From Vulcanimicrobiota bacterium (GTDB lineage Bacteria > Vulcanimicrobiota > Vulcanimicrobiia > Vulcanimicrobiales > Vulcanimicrobiaceae), in assembly GCA_963695225.1 (NCBI GenBank), contig OY968762.1:2656001-2720000 (forward strand): a stretch of 64,000 bases of DNA. Reading direction: 5' to 3'. The notes below the pieces were generated by a model, which saw only the letters and a program-made list of their open reading frames with translations, had not been told where the DNA came from and searched no databases. Both the position numbers and the translations under genes were made by a program. Shown here piece by piece: positions 44,642 to 54,322 of the stretch. Each line of letters starts with the position of its first letter. Positions within the stretch are counted from its first letter, which is position 1.

Positions 44642-44671
44642 CCCTTCGCTCAGCCGCGGGGCGGCGCGCGG

Positions 44672-45364
44672 TCAGACGCCGAGGTGCGCGAGCAGGTCCG
44701 ATTCGCGTTCGATCACTTCGGCGTTCGTCATCGCTTCCACGATGACGCCGTGCACCATGAGATAGTGACGGTCGGCGACGCGCGTCGCGAAGCGGATGTT
44801 CTGCTCGACGAGCAAGACGGTGATGCCGGCCTGCTTGATCTCGAGAATCAGATCCCCGATCGCGTCGACGATGACGGGGGCGAGGCCCTCCGTCGGTTCG
44901 TCGAGCAGGATCAACTTCGCGCCGCTGCGCAGGACGCGCGCGATCGCGAGCATCTGCTGCTCCCCGCCGGAGAGCGTCGTCCCCATCGCCTTCGCGCGAT
45001 CGAGGAGAATCGGGAAAAGGCCGTAGATGCGGTCGAGGGGCCAGGCGGCATCGCTGACGACCGGCGGGAGCGCGAGGTTCTCGGCCACCGTCAGCGTCGA
45101 GTAGATGCCGCGCTCTTCGGGGACGAAGCCGATCCCGCGCCGCGCGATCTGATTCGAGCGGAGCGCCATGATCGACTCGCCTTCGAACGTGATTTCCCCC
45201 TGCCGCTTGCGGACGATCCCCATGATCGATTTCAACGTGGTCGTCTTCCCCGCGCCGTTCCGGCCGACGAGCGTGACGACTTCGCCGCGTTGCACAACGA
45301 GATCGACGCCGCGCAGGATGTGGCTCTCGTCGTAGTAGGCGTGGAGGCCGCGCGTCTCAAGCAT
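44672..45364 (-). CDS. ABC ATPase (LivF-like)
   Basis: GRNGAGKTT, LSGGEQQMLAIAR, LLDEPTEGLAP, VEQN. Confidence 0.92.
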   Translation of the reverse strand: MLETRGLHAYYDESHILRGVDLVVQRGEVVTLVGRNGAGKTTTLKSIMGIVRKRQGEITFEGESIMALRSNQIARRGIGFVPEERGIYSTLTVAENLALPPVVSDAAWPLDRIYGLFPILLDRAKAMGTTLSGGEQQMLAIARVLRSGAKLILLDEPTEGLAPVIVDAIGDLILEIKQAGITVLLVEQNIRFATRVADRHYLMVHGVIVEAMTNAEVIERESDLLAHLGV

Positions 45365-46106
45365 GCGAGCCGCCCAGGTATGCGTGGATCACGCGCTTGT
45401 CGGCGCGAACCTCGGGGTACGTCCCCTCCGTCAGGACGCGGCCGCGCTGCAGGACGGTGATGCGATCCGAGAGATCGGCGACGACGCTCAGATTGTGCTC
45501 GACGAGCACGACGGTGCGCCCCTTCGCGACGCGCTTGATCAAGCGCGCGATCCGCCCGACGTCTTCCGTTCCCATTCCCGCCGTCGGTTCGTCGAGGAGC
45601 AACAACTTCGGATCTTGTCCGAGCGAGATCGCGAGCTCGAGGCAGCGCTTGCGGCCGTACGAGAGTTGCACGGCGAGCGAGTTCGCCTGCGCCTCGAGCC
45701 CGACGTCCGCGAGGAGTTCGAGCGCGCGCGCGTCGAGCTTATCCATCGCCCGCCCGCCGAGCCAGAAGCGGGAAGGCAAATCGGTCCGCGACTCGAGCGA
45801 GACTTTCACGTTGTCGAGCACCGTGAGATGCGGGAAGATGCTGTTGATCTGAAAGCTCCGCACCATCCCAAGCCGTGCGATGCGCGGTGCGTCCATCCCG
45901 GTGATGTCCCGGCCGGCGAGATGGATCGTTCCGCTCGTCGGATGGACGAACCCTGAGAGCAGGTTGAAGAACGTCGTCTTCCCCGCTCCGTTCGGGCCGA
46001 TGATCGCGTGGATCGTCCCTTCTTCGACGGAGAGGGAGACGCCGTCGATCGCCCGATAGCCGGCGAACGACTTCATGAGGTCGCGCGTTTCGACGATGGT
46101 TGCCAT
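45357..46106 (-). CDS. ABC ATPase (LivG-like)
   Basis: GPNGAGKTT, LSYGRKR, LLDEPTAGM, VEHN, AYLG. Confidence 0.92.
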   Translation of the reverse strand: MATIVETRDLMKSFAGYRAIDGVSLSVEEGTIHAIIGPNGAGKTTFFNLLSGFVHPTSGTIHLAGRDITGMDAPRIARLGMVRSFQINSIFPHLTVLDNVKVSLESRTDLPSRFWLGGRAMDKLDARALELLADVGLEAQANSLAVQLSYGRKRCLELAISLGQDPKLLLLDEPTAGMGTEDVGRIARLIKRVAKGRTVVLVEHNLSVVADLSDRITVLQRGRVLTEGTYPEVRADKRVIHAYLGGSHA

Positions 46107-46163
46107 TGGGGGCGACTCGTTCGCCGCGTCGCAGGCGCGCGCCTAGAAAGAATGCAAGGACTT

Positions 46164-47081
46164 TTAGCGCACGCGCCGCGACGAGCGATACGCGTCGATC
46201 CATGCCTGCGTCGTCAGCAGCGCGCCGTTCCTGCGCACGGCGCGCAGGCGCCCGCGTTGCGCGGCTTTGTAGAGCGCATCCCGTTCGGCGCCCGCGGCGA
46301 AGGCCGCGACCGCGCGGAGATCGCCGCCGCTTTCCAGCGCCGCGAGAAGCTGCGCGAGCCCGGCGAGGATCGAACGGCCGATGACGCCGGCGAGCGGCCA
46401 CGGATCGCGCGAGTCGGCGCGCCGCAGCGCGGCGCGATAGCGTTCCGCGTCGCGCTCGCGGACGACGAACGGGGGGAGCGCGAGACGTCGCAGCAGCAGA
46501 TTCGTCACGAGCCTGACCGTCCGCCCGTTCGCCTCCGCGAACGGATGGATCCGGCGGAGGCGCTCGTGCGCCTCGGCGAGCCAAAGGAGGTGCGAGGCCC
46601 CCGCCTGCGGGCCGGGGCCGAAACGCGCGACGAACGCGTCGATCTCGCGCGGCACGAACCACGGCGGGGGCGGGACGACGTCTCCCGCGAGGCGTTCGAG
46701 CGTCGTCGCGCGCCACGTCCCCGGATGCGCACCGGCCGCGCGGCGCGTCGCCCGCGCGTGAAGCTCGACGATTTCCTCGAGGCGGAGGTACGGGCTGCGC
46801 CGGCTCGGGAGCGGTGCAGCCCGCAGGTAGCGGACCGCATCGGCGTAGTCCGCCACGGCGACGTACGCCTCGAGCGGGCGCCCGCCGAGCGCGACCCCAC
46901 GCGTGACGAGAGCCTCGACCTCGCCGGGCTCGAGGCTCGCTCCGGCAAGCGCAGCCGAGGCACGGATCTCGTCGAGGTAGAGCCGATCGAGGCTGCCGCC
47001 GGAGGCGCCGAGCGCTTCCAGCCGTGCGGCATCGGAATGGATCGCCGACTCGAGGCCGAGGATCGGTTTCGACTCGTTCAC
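46164..47081 (-). CDS. Fic family protein with C-terminal putative DNA-binding domain
   Basis: IHPFAEANGRTVRL Fic motif; TAAAAT 6 nt before the GTG (leaderless). Confidence 0.85.
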   Translation of the reverse strand: MNESKPILGLESAIHSDAARLEALGASGGSLDRLYLDEIRASAALAGASLEPGEVEALVTRGVALGGRPLEAYVAVADYADAVRYLRAAPLPSRRSPYLRLEEIVELHARATRRAAGAHPGTWRATTLERLAGDVVPPPPWFVPREIDAFVARFGPGPQAGASHLLWLAEAHERLRRIHPFAEANGRTVRLVTNLLLRRLALPPFVVRERDAERYRAALRRADSRDPWPLAGVIGRSILAGLAQLLAALESGGDLRAVAAFAAGAERDALYKAAQRGRLRAVRRNGALLTTQAWIDAYRSSRRVR

Positions 47082-47161
47082 GTGTCCATTTTAGCGCAAA
47101 TGTGAACGAAATGGACTCCTAAAAGGAGACGTTCGAGCCCGCAGCGCCGAAGCCGACGCCT

Positions 47162-50100
47162 ATGGACTCGTACCTTCAGGCTCTCTCCAAGCGCGTGCTC
47201 GTTTTCGACGGGGCGATGGGCACGGAATTGATGGGGATGCACCTGGCGGAGCGCGATTTCGGCGGTGCGACGCAGCTAGGCTGCAACGAGGCGCTGGTCC
47301 TGACGCGCCCCGACGTCATCCGCGCGGTTCACGAGCGCTACTTCGAAGCCGGCGCCGACGTGGCGGAGACGGATTCGTTCACAGCGTCCCGCCTCAAGCT
47401 CGAGGAGTACGGCCTCGGCGAGCGGACGGCGGAGGTGAACCGGCGCGCCGCGGAACTGGCGCGGGAGGCGGCGGACCGCTACTCGACGCCGGAGCGGCCG
47501 CGCTACGTCGCCGGCTCTTTGGGGCCGACCGGAATGCTGATCTCGTCGAGCGATCCGACGCTTTCCAAGATCACGTTCGACGAACTCGCGGCGCTGTACG
47601 GCGAGCAAGCTCGGCACCTGGTCGAGGGTGGCGTCGATCTGCTGTTGATCGAAACGGCGCAGGATCTGCTCGAGATGAAGGCCGCGATCGCGGGGATCGT
47701 GCGCGAGTTCGAGCGCGGACTGCGGCGCGTTCCGATCCAGGCGCAGGCGACGCTCGACGTCACCGGCCGGATGCTGCTCGGGACCGATATCCGCGCGGTG
47801 ACCGCGACGCTCGATGCCCTGCCGATCGACGTCATCGGCTTGAACTGTTCGACCGGCCCCGCGCACATGCGCGATGCCGTTCGTTACCTCGTCGAGAACT
47901 CGCGCTGCTTCGTGAGCGTGATCCCAAACGCGGGCCTCCCGCTGATGGGGCCGAAAGGCGAGACGATCTATCCGGAGACGCCCGCCGAGATGGCGCGCGC
48001 GCTCTCCGCGTTCGTGCGCGAGTTCGGCGTCAACGCCGTCGGCGGCTGTTGCGGCACGACTCCGGCGCACGTCAGAGCGTTAGCGGATGCGGTACGCGGT
48101 CTGAACGGGCGGGCGCCGGAGCCGAAACCACTGCAATTCGCCGCCTCCGCGATGACGGCGACCGCGCTGCGGCAGGACGGTTCGCCGCTCCTGATCGGCG
48201 AACGCATCAACGCGCAGGGCTCGCGCAGGATCAAGCGGCTGTTGCTCGAGGAGAACTACGACGAGATCCTACTCGCCGGCCGCGAGCAAGTCGAGGGCGG
48301 CGCGCACGTCCTCGACGTGTGCACGGCGCTCACGGAGCGCACCGACGAAGCGATGCAGATGGCGACGATCGTCAAACGCCTCGCGCAATCGGTCGAGACG
48401 CCGCTCTCCGTCGACTCGACCGAGCCGAAGGTGATCGAGGCTGCGCTGAAGATCTACGCCGGCCGCCCGATCGTCAACTCGATCAACCTCGAAAACGGGC
48501 GAGAGAAGCTCGATATCGTGATGCCGCTCGTCAAGGAGGCGGGCGCCGCCGTCGTCGCGCTGACGATCGACGAGCGGGGGATGGCGAAGACCGCCGAGTC
48601 GAAGCTCGCTATTGCGAAGCGGATCGCCGGGATCGTCGTCGGCGAATACGGGATCCCGCCGGGCGCGCTGATCTTCGATCCGCTCGTCTTCACGCTCGCG
48701 ACCGGGCAACCGGAGTTCCTCGATTCGGCGGGCGAGACGCTGGAAGGGTTGCGCCGCATCAAAGCGGAGCTTCCGGAGGTCCTCACGTCGCTGGGCGTCT
48801 CGAACGTGAGCTTCGGGCTCAAACCCGCGGCCCGCGCCGCGCTGAATTCCGTGATGCTGCACCACGCCGTCGAGGCCGGGCTCGACATGGCGATCGTCAA
48901 CCCCAAGGAGATCACGCCCTACGCCGAACTCGGCGCGCTCGAGCGAGAACTCTGCGACGATCTCGTCTTCAACCGCCGCCCGGATGCGCTGCAGCGCGTC
49001 ATCGAACATTGGGAGAGCGCGAAGAGCCCGGCGCAGCTCGCCGCTTCGCAACAGGACGACGATCTCGACGCAACGCCCGAAATGCGGATCCGCAACGCGA
49101 TCCTGCGCCGCCGCAAGGACGGCATCGAAGCGAAGATCGACGACGTCTTGCGCGCGCGCGACGCGGTCGACGTCCTCAACAACGTCCTCCTCCCTGCGAT
49201 GAAGGAGGTCGGCGACAAGTTCGGCTCGGGCGAGTTGATCTTGCCTTTCGTGTTGCAATCCGCAGAGGTGATGAAGAAAGCCGTCGCCCATCTCGAGCAG
49301 TTCCTCGAGCGCAAGGAGGGGACGAGCAAGGGGAAGATCGTGCTCGCGACCGTCTTCGGCGACGTGCACGACATCGGGAAGAACCTCGTGCACACGATCC
49401 TCGCGAACAACGGCTACACGGTCTACGATCTCGGCAAGCAAGTCCCGATGGCCAAGATTCTCGAGAAGGCGATCGAGGTCGAGGCCGACGCGATCGGGCT
49501 CTCGGCGCTGCTCGTCTCGACCTCGAAGCAGATGCCGGTCTGCGTCGCTGAGCAGGCGGCCCGGGGCCTCGCGTTCCCCGTGCTGATCGGCGGGGCGGCG
49601 ATCAATCGCGATTTCGGCCGCCGTATCGGCTTCCTCCCGGACGCGGAGGACGGCGCTGCGCGGTATTTCGAGCCCGGGGTCTTCTATGCGAAGGATGCCT
49701 TCGAAGGCCTCGAGATCGTCGACCGGCTCACGGGAGACCCGGAGCGGCGGGCCGCGTTCGAACGCGCTCACCGCGCGGAGGCGGAGCGCGCGCGCAGCGC
49801 CGCGCGCTCGGCGCTCGCGCCGGCGCCGGGCGGCTCCGCCCGCGCCGCGCTCGCGCCGGCGGCTCCGCCCCGGGCGCCGTTCTTCGGGGCGCGCACGCTC
49901 GAACGTTTCGATATCGCCGAACTCTGGCCGTGCTTCGATCGCAAGAGCCTCTTCCGGCTCTCGTGGGGCGGGGCGAATGCGAAAGGCGAGGCGTGGGAAC
50001 GTCTGGTCGACGAGGAATTCGAGCCGCGCCTGCGCCGCTTCCAAGAGGCGGCCGAGGCGGGGGGCATTCTCGAGCCCCGCGCAGTTTACGGCTACTTCCC

Positions 50101-50647
50101 GGCGGCGGGCGAAGGGAACGACGTCGTTCTGTTCGCGCCGGAGGACCCCGCCCGCGAGATCGCGCGCTTCCCGTGCGCGCGGCAGGCCGGGGGCGAGCAC
50201 CTGTGCCTGGCGGACTACCTGCGCGAGAGCACGCCGCACGGCGCGAGCGACGTCGTCGCCCTCCAGGTCGTCACGGCCGGCTCCGAGGCCGGCAAGCGGA
50301 TCGAGGCGCTCCACGCCGCGGGGGAATTCGGGGAGAGCTATTTCCTGCACGGGTTCTCCGTCCAGGCGGCGGAGGCGCTCGCGGAATTCGTGCACGCCCG
50401 CATCCGGCGCGAATTGGGCCTCGGCCCCTCCCGCGGGAAGCGTTATTCGTGGGGGTACGGCGCCTGCCCGGATCTCGCGCAGCACGCGCTCGTTTGGGAG
50501 CTGCTCGACGTCGAGCGCGCGATCGGCGCGAAGCTGACGGATGCGTTCCAGATCGTCCCGGAGCAATCGACGGCGGCGATCGTCATCCACCATCCCCAGG
50601 CGAGCTACTTCAACGCGGCCGCCGTCCGCCAACTCTCCCCGGCCTGA
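47162..50647 (+). CDS. metH: Cobalamin-dependent methionine synthase
   Basis: FDGAMGT, GLNCSTGP, GGCCGT, IGERIN, GDVHDIGKN (B12 motif), GLSALL, RYSWGYGACP, PEQST. Confidence 0.96.
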   Translation: MDSYLQALSKRVLVFDGAMGTELMGMHLAERDFGGATQLGCNEALVLTRPDVIRAVHERYFEAGADVAETDSFTASRLKLEEYGLGERTAEVNRRAAELAREAADRYSTPERPRYVAGSLGPTGMLISSSDPTLSKITFDELAALYGEQARHLVEGGVDLLLIETAQDLLEMKAAIAGIVREFERGLRRVPIQAQATLDVTGRMLLGTDIRAVTATLDALPIDVIGLNCSTGPAHMRDAVRYLVENSRCFVSVIPNAGLPLMGPKGETIYPETPAEMARALSAFVREFGVNAVGGCCGTTPAHVRALADAVRGLNGRAPEPKPLQFAASAMTATALRQDGSPLLIGERINAQGSRRIKRLLLEENYDEILLAGREQVEGGAHVLDVCTALTERTDEAMQMATIVKRLAQSVETPLSVDSTEPKVIEAALKIYAGRPIVNSINLENGREKLDIVMPLVKEAGAAVVALTIDERGMAKTAESKLAIAKRIAGIVVGEYGIPPGALIFDPLVFTLATGQPEFLDSAGETLEGLRRIKAELPEVLTSLGVSNVSFGLKPAARAALNSVMLHHAVEAGLDMAIVNPKEITPYAELGALERELCDDLVFNRRPDALQRVIEHWESAKSPAQLAASQQDDDLDATPEMRIRNAILRRRKDGIEAKIDDVLRARDAVDVLNNVLLPAMKEVGDKFGSGELILPFVLQSAEVMKKAVAHLEQFLERKEGTSKGKIVLATVFGDVHDIGKNLVHTILANNGYTVYDLGKQVPMAKILEKAIEVEADAIGLSALLVSTSKQMPVCVAEQAARGLAFPVLIGGAAINRDFGRRIGFLPDAEDGAARYFEPGVFYAKDAFEGLEIVDRLTGDPERRAAFERAHRAEAERARSAARSALAPAPGGSARAALAPAAPPRAPFFGARTLERFDIAELWPCFDRKSLFRLSWGGANAKGEAWERLVDEEFEPRLRRFQEAAEAGGILEPRAVYGYFPAAGEGNDVVLFAPEDPAREIARFPCARQAGGEHLCLADYLRESTPHGASDVVALQVVTAGSEAGKRIEALHAAGEFGESYFLHGFSVQAAEALAEFVHARIRRELGLGPSRGKRYSWGYGACPDLAQHALVWELLDVERAIGAKLTDAFQIVPEQSTAAIVIHHPQASYFNAAAVRQLSPA

Positions 50648-50683
50648 CGGGCCCGTCGGTCCCCGCCGCGGCGGGAGCGGCGT

Positions 50684-51049
50684 TCAGCGGAGGAGGCGCC
50701 GGTCCAAGAGCCACGCGAGCGCGCCGCCGAGCGCGCCGCACGCGACGTCGAACGCGTTCCACTTCCAGCTCTCGAGCGACCCGCCGGCGCGTTGCCCGGC
50801 TTCGATTGCGGCGCTGAAGAGCGCGACCGCCGCCGCCGTGGCGAGCAGCGGGAGGCGCCGCTTCCATTCCAGCGCGGCCCGGTCGAGTGCGAGGCCGACG
50901 ATCGCGAACGCGACGATGCTGTAGGTCTTGCGCAGCATGACGTGCCATTCCAGATAGCTCGGCGAGGTCGCCTCGTAGACCGCTCCGCTGAGCGAGAGCG
51001 CGAAGAAGACGGCCGCGACGGCAGCGGCTGCCGCCGTCCAACGTTTCAT
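50684..51049 (-). CDS. Small membrane protein (VanZ-like)
   Basis: Four hydrophobic segments; LRK..S, IE..Q, D...GALGG pattern. Confidence 0.55.
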   Translation of the reverse strand: MKRWTAAAAAVAAVFFALSLSGAVYEATSPSYLEWHVMLRKTYSIVAFAIVGLALDRAALEWKRRLPLLATAAAVALFSAAIEAGQRAGGSLESWKWNAFDVACGALGGALAWLLDRRLLR

Positions 51050-51070
51050 CCGGCGTACGACCTTTGCAGA

Positions 51071-51108
51071 GAAATGAAGAAGGACAGCCGGCGCGTCGCC
51101 GGCTGTCC
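51071..51108 (-). terminator. Rho-independent terminator after the SLH-porin gene
   Basis: 12-bp stem GGACAGCCGGCG/CGCCGGCTGTCC followed on the minus strand by TTCTTCATTTC. Confidence 0.75.
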
Positions 51109-51131
51109 CCTTTCCGTGGTGGGTTTCGAGG

Positions 51132-52727
51132 TTAGAACGCGAGGCGGGTTTCGAGGAAGATCGCCTGCGCGTCGTCCTTCTTGAGGTAGCCGTTGGTCTG
51201 GGCGACGCCGCCGATGCTGTAGTTGATCGGCAGGACGCTGTTCTTCAGGTGCCACGTCTGCCAAACAACGCCGACCTGGGCGTTGCTGCCGATGAAGTGG
51301 TGGGCCCCGACGTATCCGATTTGATAGCCGTTGGGGTTGCCGATGAAGAACTGCTGGTAGTCCGGGGTGCCCGCGACTTCGTTGTGCGGTCCGGTCGAGT
51401 TCAGGCCGGCGTTGATGTAGCCGCCGTCGAGGTAGCTGTTGCCGGACTTCGGCGCGGTGTCGCCGAGGTAGGCCTTGATCCAGTACGCGAAGTTCCCGCC
51501 CCAGGTGTTGCCCGTGAACGGATCCTTGCCGAAGCGCTGCATGGCTTCGCCTTCGAGCGAGGCCTTCGAGTTGAACGCGTAGATCGCGTCGACCGACGCG
51601 ATCGAGATGTTCGGGTTGTAGGCCGAGACCAAGCCCGTCGCCGGGTTGTAGCCGGTCAGACCGGCGTAGTCGCTGAGGTCCGTGATCCAGCTTGCGCCGA
51701 CCGTGAGGGCCTTCGTCGCGTTGAACTGAGCGCGGGCGAAGAGCGACTGGCTGGCGGCGTTCGTGACCGCCGAGGTGTTGCTGACGGCAGCCTTGTTGAA
51801 GCTGTAGCCGACGAAGGCTCCCAGCTTACCCTTGGCATAACCGACTTCGGCACCGTTGAAGTAGTCCGAGAACGCGAGGCCGATGTCGCCGCTGGATTCC
51901 GCGAAGCGGCCGACCGTGGCGTACAGACCCGACGGGTCCTTGTACGTCAAGTTCGCCCAGTTCAGACGGAAAGAGCTGTTGTTCGGCATCGAGCCGAACG
52001 ACGGAGTGTCGCTGCTGGTGCCGTACGCGCCGTTACCCGGAGCGTTGGACAGATAGTAGCGATCTTCCAGGCGGATCGTGTACGAGACGTTGGGGTCCAC
52101 GACGCCGTCGAAGCGGATGCGGACGACCTGGTAGCCGGTTCCGTTACCGGCCTGGCCCGTCTTGAGGGCCTGATTGCCGCCGCCGTTCGACGGGCCGGTG
52201 ATCGCCGTGCCCGACGGAAGGGCGAGCCCTGCCGCGTTGTAGGCTGCGACGTAGTCCGTGATCGTGCCCGGTGCACGGAGGAAGTAGTAGAGCTTGAACT
52301 TCTGACGGTCAAGCGTCTTCTGCTGGGCGGCCACTTGGGTCTTCAGGGTCGCGACGTCGCTCTTGACGGACGCGAGGTCCTTCTTGACGCCGTCGAGTTC
52401 GACTTTGAACTCGTCTTCGAGCTTGCGGAGAGCGTCGAGGTCGGCAGGCGTCACCGTCTGCAGCGCCGCGAGCTTGTCCTTGACGTTCTTATCGAGGCGG
52501 GCGATCGCGACGGCCATTTCGTAGCGCGTCAGCGGGCGGTTGCCCTTGAAATAGCCGCCCGGATACCCTTCGATCAACCCGTCGGCCTGCAGCTGCTGGA
52601 TCGCAGTGTAAGCCCAGTGGTTGGTGGGGACGTCGCTGAAAGAAGTGTCGGCGAGGGCGATCGACGTGCTCATTGCAACCGCCAATGCCGCGGCTCCGAC
52701 CGCTTTCAGCATCTTGTTCGTGGTCAT
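51132..52727 (-). CDS. SLH-domain outer-membrane beta-barrel protein (OmpM/SlpA/SomA-like)
   Basis: AGGAGG RBS; signal peptide; FSDVPTNHWAY...GYP...FKGNRPLTRYEMA SLH; coiled coil; beta-rich barrel ending in terminal Phe (FLETRLAF). Confidence 0.9.
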   Translation of the reverse strand: MTTNKMLKAVGAAALAVAMSTSIALADTSFSDVPTNHWAYTAIQQLQADGLIEGYPGGYFKGNRPLTRYEMAVAIARLDKNVKDKLAALQTVTPADLDALRKLEDEFKVELDGVKKDLASVKSDVATLKTQVAAQQKTLDRQKFKLYYFLRAPGTITDYVAAYNAAGLALPSGTAITGPSNGGGNQALKTGQAGNGTGYQVVRIRFDGVVDPNVSYTIRLEDRYYLSNAPGNGAYGTSSDTPSFGSMPNNSSFRLNWANLTYKDPSGLYATVGRFAESSGDIGLAFSDYFNGAEVGYAKGKLGAFVGYSFNKAAVSNTSAVTNAASQSLFARAQFNATKALTVGASWITDLSDYAGLTGYNPATGLVSAYNPNISIASVDAIYAFNSKASLEGEAMQRFGKDPFTGNTWGGNFAYWIKAYLGDTAPKSGNSYLDGGYINAGLNSTGPHNEVAGTPDYQQFFIGNPNGYQIGYVGAHHFIGSNAQVGVVWQTWHLKNSVLPINYSIGGVAQTNGYLKKDDAQAIFLETRLAF

Positions 52728-52994
52728 AGGCCTCCTATGTTGAAGGGGTCGCCGGCCTTGGAGCGCGTGAAAAGGGGCTGTGACCGAGTTGCCAGCACGT
52801 TTCCCCGCGCCCGTTCGGGCGGCGGTCGGCCTTAGCTCGCTTGCCTCCGGTAAAAGCGGCAAGTGAGGGCCGATTTGCGACTTTTTTCGGCGAGGAACGA
52901 ATCCCTGCCGCACGAGGCCGCCTTCGGCAGGTGCGGTCATCCCCCCGGCGTACACAAAGCCGCCAGCGCCGAGTGAACTCGGCCTGGGGGATTT

Positions 52995-53030
52995 CGTCAT
53001 ATAGCGTCATCCTTCATCAAACCTCGTCAT
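52995..53030. promoter_or_regulatory. Four hexamer direct repeats with 10-bp period (candidate OmpR/PhoB-type binding array)
   Basis: CGTCAT at 52995, 53005 and 53025; CATCAA at 53015. Confidence 0.5.
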
Positions 53031-53059
53031 ACACACGTCGACGTGTTGGAGGTCGTACT

Positions 53060-54295
53060 TTGGATTTTCAGAAAATTGGGCGCCGGGCTTTCGCGGTAGG
53101 CCTAGCCGCGGGTTTCTCGGCGTTGACCCTTGCCGGGAGCGCCGGAACGGCGTTCGCGGCCGATAAAGTCATCAAGATCGGTATCAGTTTGCCGGTCAGC
53201 GGCGCGGAAACGACGCAAGGCGTCCCGACGCGCAACGGCGCCGTGCTCGCGATCGAAGAGGCAAACGCCGCGGCGGTGCCGGGCGGATTCAAGTTCGCCG
53301 CGTTCGATCTCGACGATGCCGTGCAGGGCGTGCACGATCCGGCGCAAGGCGCGCAGAACGTGAAGACGTTCGTCGCGGATGCGGCGGTCGTCGGCATGGT
53401 CGGTCCGTTCAATTCGAACGTCGCCAAGGCCGAGATCCCCGTTTCGAACGACGCGGGCCTCGTCATGATCAGCCCCGCGAACACGAACCCGACGCTGACG
53501 AAGGGCGACGACGCGAAGAAGCTGCGCCCCTCGCACCCGGACGTTAACAACTACTTCCGCGTTTGCACGACCGACGATAAGCAGGGCGCGGCCGGCGCGA
53601 ACTTCGCGAAGTCCCTCGGTTACAAGAACATCTTCGTCATCGACGACAACGAAACGTACGGCAAGGGTCTCGCCGACATCTTCGAAGCGGACTTCAAGAA
53701 AGAAGGCGGCACGATCCTCGGGCACGAGCACGTGACGAAGGGGCAGCAAGACTTCAAGGCGCTGCTCACCAAGATCAAGAGTTCGAATCCCGATGCGATC
53801 TTCTTCGGCGGCGTTACCGCGAGCGGCGGCGGCTTGATCCGCAAGCAGATGGCGGACGTCGGGATGGACAAGGTCGCCTACTTCGGCGGCGACGGGATCA
53901 GCGACGACGAGTTCATCAAGATCACGGGTCCGATGGCCGACGGTTCGTACTACACGGTCGCCGCTCCCGAAACGACGAAGCTTCCTTCGGCGAAGCCGTT
54001 CATCGCGGCGTACAAGAAGCGTTGGGGCACCGACGTCGGTCCGTATAGCGCGAACGCCTACTCCGCGGCCAAGATCATCATCGCCGCGTCGCTCAAGGCA
54101 CTCAAGGACAACGGCGGCAAGCAGCCGACCCGCGCCGAAGTGCTCAAGAACGTCCAGGCGACGAGCCTCGATACCCCGATCGGCCATGTCGGGTTCGACG
54201 CGAACGGCGACACGACCGCGCCGATCCTGAGCCTCTACTCGATCAAGGGCGGTAAGGCCGTCTTCGTTAACCAGATCAACCTCGCCGGCAAGTAG
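53060..54295 (+). CDS. livK: Branched-chain amino acid ABC substrate-binding protein
   Basis: TTG start with GGAGG RBS; IKIGISLP.SG, VGPFNS, ISPANTNP, YFRVC, YGKGLA. Confidence 0.88.
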   Translation: MDFQKIGRRAFAVGLAAGFSALTLAGSAGTAFAADKVIKIGISLPVSGAETTQGVPTRNGAVLAIEEANAAAVPGGFKFAAFDLDDAVQGVHDPAQGAQNVKTFVADAAVVGMVGPFNSNVAKAEIPVSNDAGLVMISPANTNPTLTKGDDAKKLRPSHPDVNNYFRVCTTDDKQGAAGANFAKSLGYKNIFVIDDNETYGKGLADIFEADFKKEGGTILGHEHVTKGQQDFKALLTKIKSSNPDAIFFGGVTASGGGLIRKQMADVGMDKVAYFGGDGISDDEFIKITGPMADGSYYTVAAPETTKLPSAKPFIAAYKKRWGTDVGPYSANAYSAAKIIIAASLKALKDNGGKQPTRAEVLKNVQATSLDTPIGHVGFDANGDTTAPILSLYSIKGGKAVFVNQINLAGK

Positions 54296-54322
54296 CCCGG
54301 AAACCGAGCGGAAGGCGGCGTC

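Noticed and set aside
47082..47161. Cobalamin or SAM riboswitch upstream of metH
   Set aside because: Only 80 bp shared with the divergent Fic promoter; no riboswitch consensus visible.
52779..52794. TGTGA-N6-TGCCA as a CRP site before the porin
   Set aside because: Second half-site is poor and there is no suitably spaced -10 element.
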